DNA of 64,000 nucleotides from Podarcis pityusensis (lineage: Eukaryota), in assembly GCA_964106645.2 (NCBI GenBank), contig OZ067051.1. One strand, 5' to 3'. A model generated the notes under the pieces. It was not told the origin of the DNA and did no database searches. It worked only from the letters and a program-made list of their open reading frames with translations. This document shows, one piece after another, positions 57,721-64,000 of this stretch. Numbering within the stretch: position 1 is the first letter of the stretch; each line of letters begins with the position of its first letter. The position numbers and the translations under genes were made by a program.

Positions 57721-58445
57721 AGATATGGACATTTGTGGATTTTTACTTATTTCACATTATTTCCTTCCTCTCCTCTTTTCCTCTAAGGAGCTCAGGCCAA
57801 GTTTGAGACTCCTCATACCACCAGAGGTGGACAACCTCTGCCCCTTCATATGATGCTGGACTCCAGCTCCCTGAACACGGATTTAATCCTGGATCAATAC
57901 CAGATAGATAATCTATAACTGGAGGCCTCTGTCTTGTCTTTGGTCTGAAGCATTAATCAGACACTGATCACAAGGGAACACCAGAGGCCCCATGGTCATC
58001 CATCCGGAGGAGCTGTGTGCCCTGATACAGAACATAATTTATTGGTTAATAACAAACTAGGATATAGCAGTAAAGATACTATATAGATATGAACTGTCCA
58101 AAAGACTGAGAAAGGCAATAAGACTGGGAGATGGAAAATCAGGAGTACTTAGCTCTTGAAACCAATTTGGAGCAAGTTCTTTGCTGTTGGGAACTGTCCT
58201 TGGTCCTGCATGTTCTATTGCTGCCTTTGCTTCCTTGTTTTACAACAAAGATGGGAAGTGGGAGGTGTATAATCTGATCACCTGGTTTCTTTTTATTTTC
58301 TTCAGAATAGTTGCCACATTGACTGAAATTGCACTGGTGGACAGATGCTATTTGTACCTGTCCCAAGTCGTCTCCCTCTGGCAAAAGGTGTGGGGCAACA
58401 GGTGCTTGTATTTACCCTCCTCTTCAGTGGTGCACATGCCAGCAT

Positions 58446-58584
58446 AAGGCAGCCCTGTTCAGGGAAGTTTTTAATGTGTGACATTTTAATGTATTTTTAA
58501 TCTTTGGTGGAAGCCGCCCAGAGTGGCTGGGGAAACCCAGCCCGATGGGTGGGGTACAAAAAATAAATTATCATTATTATTATT
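58446..58584 (+). mobile_element. L2-type LINE 3' end
   Basis: GCCGCCCAGAGTGGCTGGGGAAACCCAGCC...(ATT)n; a further partial copy at ~58880-58980. Confidence 0.7.
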
Positions 58585-59389
58585 AGGAATATTCTTACAA
58601 TTGAGGAAAGGACAGGGGGAGAGAATTAAAAGCTCTCCCCTCAGTGCTGTTTCCTGGCTTAAATTAGCAGCCCACTTCAGGTTCTTTGAAGAAAAAGAGA
58701 TAGGAAGTGCCCTGTTGAGGACTCATTTGGTCCAGCATCTGATTTCCCACAGTGGCCCATCAGGTGCCCCAAGGAGTGTCCGACAACAGGCAAAACACAA
58801 GGTGATTGTCTTCCATATTTTCTTATTCCCTTTCAAAGGCATCTGAGTTCTGATCCATCGCCACGCCTATAGTGTGTGATGTTTTACTGTGGTTTTATAA
58901 TTTTCTAGAAACTGCCCAGAGTGGCTGGGGCAACCCAGTCAGATGGGTAGCATATAAATAATATTTTTTTAATTAAATTATTGTTGTGGAAGTGAATTCC
59001 ATCATTTAACTACGTGCCATGTGAAAAATTCTTCCTTTTGTCTGACCTAAATCTTCCAGTGTTCAGCTTCACTGTATGTCCCTAGGATCTAGTATTTTGA
59101 AAGAAGGCAAAGGGCAGCTGTCCCCTTTCTCCACACCATGTATAATTATCTATCACTCCTCTGCTGCCTTTCTTCTTTCTAAGCTAAGAAGCCCCCAATG
59201 CTCAGCACCACCTTCTGCCCTGCCAAGAACCTGCAGCCCCTTGGGGAAGGACACCAGCTGCTACCGTGGAGGTAAAAGAGGAAGGTTGGGGAACTGGCTG
59301 GCAGGGCTGCCCTTCTGAGGGAGGAGGGCTATAGGGTCACCAGAATTGCAGGAGCCCCGCAGGTTGCCACACCTCATTCTGCATTGTAG

Positions 59390-60600
59390 ACAGGCGCTGC
59401 AGCTGGGGGCCAAGGCAGCTTCCCCACTTCTTCTCGTTTGGAGGCCGCTGGCCTGACGGAGGGGGGGGGCAGACCTCGGGCCGGCGGGGAGGGATCGCCT
59501 TCTCGCGGCAGGCAAAGGGGTTTGCTCTCCCTTGCCCCACGCGATGGAAAGAGGGAAGGGTCGCCCTCATTCCTCGGTGCCGGCTGGGGATACATCACCG
59601 GAGCCCAGCAGCAGGAGCAAAAGCTGGATCAAACCCTGGCGCGTAGGGGAAGAGGCTCCACTAACAGAGATAAGAGCCTGTTGGGCTTCAGGACAGCGGC
59701 TGGGATCGCCTCGGGTCCTGGAAGGAGCGTGTATATCTCTCCAGGAGAGGAGAAGGAAGATGCAATTCCGCCCCGCCCCTCCCAGCCCGTTCGACGCGGG
59801 CCCCGCCCCTTCTGTGACTCCGCCCCACGCCCTGCTTATCCTAAGCACGCCTGGGTAGGTGGGCGGGGACGCCGTCGGGGGGCGGGGCCACGGGAATCCC
59901 CGCCCCAGTGCCTCGTGGGGCACGTGCGTTCTGAGCAGCCAATCCTCGCGCGGCCGGCTCTCCCCTTAAGAGGCGCGCGCAGGAGGCTGCTGCGGCATCT
60001 GCGGAGTTGGGAACCAGTTGCTATGGGGACGCCGGCGGCCGGGCCTGTCGCCATGGAGACGCCGGCGGCGCCCGGCAGCGGGAGGCGGGGGAGGCAGCGG
60101 CGGGGCCACGCGGTGCTTGCCGTGATCGGCGAGGTCGGCACCGAGCAAGAGCGGGAAACGCTGCGCCGGAGCCTCGAGCGCGGTAAGGACGGGCGGAGGG
60201 AGGGAGGTAAAGGGGAGGCCTGCCGGAAGCCGCCGCCTGCGCGTTCAGCACCCTGGAGAGGGCCTGCCGTGTCGCCGCCGTCGGGAGCACCTGAGGGGCG
60301 CGTGACCGGTTGGATCTGGCCCTGGCGCGGCGCTCCCTGGGCCGGAATTCCCAAGCGCGGTGGCGTCCCCATCCCCGGAGAGTCCGTGGCGGGGAGGGGG
60401 CGGGACACTGGCCGCCAAGAGGAGGAAGGATAAGCGGGTCGCCAGGCCCAGCCGCCGCCGCTGGACCTGCCCAGGGAGCTCGCTGAGCGGGGCGGCTTCT
60501 TCTGGCCGGAGCCTTCTCCTTGCCCGCTGCTACCTGGACAGGAGCCCCCGAGGCGCTACTCCCTGGAAGATCCACCTGGCGGTCAGTCTTCTTGCCATTT
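59390..60600. promoter_or_regulatory. CpG island / MAP1A promoter
   Basis: Multiple GC boxes, CACGTG at 59921, CCAAT at 59939, X-boxes at 60017 and 60047. Confidence 0.8.
60023..60182 (+). CDS. MAP1A: MAP1A exon 1; gene continues beyond the right edge
   Basis: MGTPAAGPVAMETP...HAVLAVIGEVGTEQERETLRRSLERG|GTAAG resembles the MAP1-family N-terminus (hLxVIGxxGT...LExG); divergent from TP53BP1 as in mammals. Confidence 0.85.
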
Positions 60601-60689
60601 TAATTTTGCCGGTTCGGGAGTAACTGAAGACAAATTTGCTCTGTCATCTATGGGAGAGCCCGGGAACTGTCATCGTTTTCGTCTATTAG

Positions 60690-61100
60690 TCCTTTCTTCT
60701 TAAACTGCTGCAGTGCCCAGAAGTACAGGACTCCAGCTGAAGGCTGACCAAAGCAGAATTTAGCGGTCCCATAGCTTCTCGTGATCCAGACACTATGTTT
60801 CTGTTGTAGCCTAGAATTGTATTAGCCTTTTTAGTAGCGGCATCACATTGCTGGCTCATTTTTAGCTCATGGTGTGCTAAGAAACCTGGCTCTACTGTCA
60901 AGCCAGGTGCTTTCCACCCTGTACTTGTGTGTCTTGATTTTCCTACCTAAATGCATAATGTTGCATTTATCTGTGCTGAAATTAAATTTGTTACTTTGGT
61001 CCAGTTCTTCATCATGCTAGACTCACCTTGAATTTTGTTGGCTTGGTGTTATCTGCTGATTTGATGAACATTTTCTCTACTCTTTTGTGTCCAAGTCTTT
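60690..61100 (-). mobile_element. CR1 LINE ORF2 fragment
   Basis: HELKMSQQCDAATKKANTILG..SREAMGPLNSALV, typical of the CR1 ORF2 C-terminal half. Confidence 0.8.
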
Positions 61101-63394
61101 TATACAAAGTTGTTGAGCCACCAGCTACACATCTGCATAACAGTAGCAGGTCTTTCATGTGGGGGTGGGGAACCTTCATAGGCAGCATTCTGGGAACTGT
61201 TTGTCAAAGGTGGGCAGGACTAGAAGCAAAATGAGTTGAGCAACAGATGTGACTCTTCTTAGTACAATAGACTACAGCCCTGCCACAATAAAGCCAATGA
61301 TTTCCCCGCACACCCTTCTCCATCCACTGACACAATTCAAGGACACATTTCAGCCAGGCAAAAGCCCTATAGGAGGAACTGGATCCAGAGCCCTTGAGGG
61401 TTTTGGCTTGGGGAAAGTCTAAAGAGTTGGATAAGGAGTTCTGGAAGTCTCTATTCTGCCCCTGAATCCAAGAGTCCCCAAGCTTAGTCTATCACACATT
61501 TTAGCAGCTTGTCAACAAGAATATTGTGGAGGAGCTTGTTGAAAGCCTTGCTGAAAACAAGCTATACTACATCTTGTAACATCCCCCTGTTCTATCAAGT
61601 TAGCTGTAAAATGGGGGAGGTAGATGAAGTTCGTCTGGTATGACTTTTTCTTAAGAAAATTGACTTGTAGTTGCATTTCTGTCTGGCACAATGTTGCTGC
61701 TTCTGCTGGAACTGATGGGAATGATGGAGTATAAAGCTAGGAGTAAACAAATACAAAGTATATACTGTAATCTTTCCTGCAAAGGGCATAAGGAATGAGA
61801 CAGTAAGTGCACTCCCAATAAGGCTTTACAGCTGGGGTGGAACCCTTAATGCCCTCTCTCCTCAGGAACTCCAGCCTGGCAGGGGGGAAAGGCATGCAAC
61901 CCCACTGACCATGTATCCAGGTAAGTGAGGAAGGTTCCTCTTCTCTGCAGCCTGGAGGGTGTGGCTGGTGCTTGCCCAGCTGCTGCCAGCAAAATGTCCC
62001 ATATTGGCCCTCCCCCAAGAATGCAAATCAGTGTCATGGGATTGACACTGCAGTGCTATTCAAGGACCTCCTAGTTGCAGCTCTGATTTTCAGCAACTTA
62101 TGGGAAACCCACATCTTTCTTGCTGCACATAAGGGGAGCAGATGGAAGCAAGCTGGCAAGCTTGGAAAGAGGCAGGTAGTGGCTGCTGCTGCTGTTGCGG
62201 CTGCTGCTGTGGTGTGTAGTTGGTGCTGCAGTGCAGCTTTCTTTCCTGCTAGTTCCTGGACTTTCTCTCTGCAGTGAGTGTGAAGCAGGAGCAGCATGAA
62301 AGTGCCTCCTTGGTGAGCAGGAAGTAGGTGAGGGCTCTTTTCTTACCTGGCATTCTCCAGGAATGGAGTAAAGGCAGCCCTCTTGTCTCTCCTTAGGGTG
62401 ATATTTGTAGCACCTTGTCAATGTGGATGGGTCATTTCAAGGGAATGAAAGAGGAATTGCCACTGTGGTTGACTCCTCCTTTGGACATATGGAAATCACC
62501 TCCTTTTCTTTTCTTTTCCTCCCCTGTGGTTGGCTGAATCCTTTTAAAGCAGTCTTACACTGCAGGGTTTGTGGAGAGGGGCTGTCTTTGTAAGTCTGGA
62601 AGGGCATTGCTTTATTCTTATTTAATTTCAAAAATACATATCTCTTGTTTTTAAATTTAAATAAGTTTCTAAAGCAATGCACAATACTGGTAAAACAGCA
62701 CAATGTAAATGTAATAGCACATTATTATTAATTTTTAACTCAAAAGATCAGTGGAAATAAAATAAGTTGGACAACATAACAGGGAAGATAAAACAGGCTG
62801 TACACAATTCAGCAAATAAAATTAAAATGTTGCTCATGAAAAGCTCCTACAAATGAAACAGTCTTTATCTGGCACTGGAAACTTAGCAAACGTGTGGAGC
62901 AGCTGTATATGGAGGGCGTTGCAGTGATGGGACATAATCTCTCCAGCTACCACCTGCCTTGCTTCTGCAGGCAAAGGAAGGTTTGCATAGGAGTAGGTGG
63001 TCTTCCAGATAGCAAGGTTCTAAGGCATAAATGATTTTAAAAGGTAAAACTAGCAGTTTACCTGGGGGAAGTGGGAAATCTGGAGCTACTTTTGAACATA
63101 ATGGTGTGTTCCTCATTACTAGTACCAAGCAATAACCTAAACTGCAGCATTTTACATTTCTGCATTGTCTTCAAATATAATCTAAAGATAGATGGGCATA
63201 GTATGGGCAATAGTGGCAAGGGGTCACAGCTAGTGAACCTGACTAGTCTGATGATGCAGATGCCCCAGGATATCCAAATTATTAGAAGGATTTAACAGCA
63301 CTCCAAAATTCTGGGCTTGATCCTTAAGGGGTGTATAGTCCCATTCCGAATAGGCCAAAACTGTCTTCCTAGTCACATTTTATTTGTTTCTTAA

Positions 63395-63615
63395 TTTATT
63401 GCATTTATAACTCTCCATTTCCTCCATGGAGTATGAGGTGGTATACATCATGCCCCTCCTCCTTCATTTAACTCCCACAACAGCCTTGTGAGGTAGGTTA
63501 GGTTGAGAAGCAGTGATGGCCCCTGGTTACCCAGTGAGCATCATGGCCAATTGGGGATTTGAACCCTGGTCTCCCAAGTCCTAGTCTGACACTTTAACTT
63601 CTATACCATTCTGGC
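63395..63615 (-). mobile_element. MIR/CORE-like SINE
   Basis: Reverse-complement homolog of 16650-16805. Confidence 0.65.
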
Positions 63616-63779
63616 TTAGATGAAATTCCTCTAAAAAGCAGTTCTGTCTTGCCTGGACTCACATAGTATATAAGCCCCCATCCAATCCATTACTGACCTC
63701 TGACACCTATTCAGAACTATTTGCTCCTCTTGTTCACCTGAAACCAGAACTCTTCCTGCTGGGACTAATGGCTGTACAA

Positions 63780-63975
63780 CTAGAAAAAGAATATGGAATA
63801 CAATATATGATCACAGCAGTGAGATTTTAATAAGCACAACAAAGACAGAAGAACTTACTATTACCTACTATGAAAGAATGGTTATTGAAATTAATGGATT
63901 TGGCCGAGATTGCAAAGTTGACATGTTAGAGAAAAATCATTGTTGACATTTTGAAGACTGAAAAAAGTTGGTTTA
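63780..63975 (+). mobile_element. Degenerate L1/Tx1 ORF2 C-terminal fragment
   Basis: YMITAVR...PTMKEWLLKLMDLAEIAKLT-like translation with stops. Confidence 0.6.
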
Positions 63976-64000
63976 TGTAAAGTAGAAGAGTTGGATGTTA

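Noticed and set aside
59438-60433. 331-aa ORF as an intronless gene
   Set aside because: Only 60023-60182 resembles MAP1A and it ends at a GTAAG donor; the rest is promoter and intron read-through.
60183-64000. MAP1A exon 2
   Set aside because: No GI.SW..DL-like exon found; it presumably lies beyond the window.
1-64000. CRISPR arrays, rRNA, snoRNA/miRNA genes, endogenous viral ORFs
   Set aside because: None recognisable by eye; an Infernal/Rfam scan would be needed to exclude small intronic RNAs.

Overview
Vertebrate genomic DNA, almost certainly a squamate and probably a lacertid lizard (inferred from Sauria SINEs, Bov-B, CR1/L2 tails and lizard-type MITEs). Four spliced protein-coding genes were reconstructed by hand from splice sites and similarity to the human proteins as I recall them. 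They are IQGAP1 exons 1-3 (minus strand, running off the left edge), complete TUBGCP4/GCP4 (plus, 18 exons, ~703 aa), complete TP53BP1/53BP1 (minus, 25 coding exons, ~1853 aa) and MAP1A exon 1 (plus). IQGAP1/TUBGCP4 and TP53BP1/MAP1A are divergent pairs, each gene with its own CpG island; TUBGCP4/TP53BP1 are convergent. No prokaryote-type system is present. The most interesting signal is in 53BP1: the DSB-recruitment core (Tudor, UDR hydrophobics, OD, LC8, RIF1/PTIP motifs) is intact, but several residues tied to mitotic and phospho-dependent control appear lost (BRCT K1814->I, UDR T1609->M, PLK1 docking S379->R, no KEN boxes). Other signals are a ~39-aa Q/P/G/A insert in GCP4, candidate unannotated IQGAP1 exons, IQGAP1-TUBGCP4 adjacency, a GC-AG intron, RFX X-boxes overlapping the MAP1A start codons, a CDE/CHR element at TUBGCP4, and nested transposons with intact TSDs. 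All human comparisons are from memory and need alignment to confirm.
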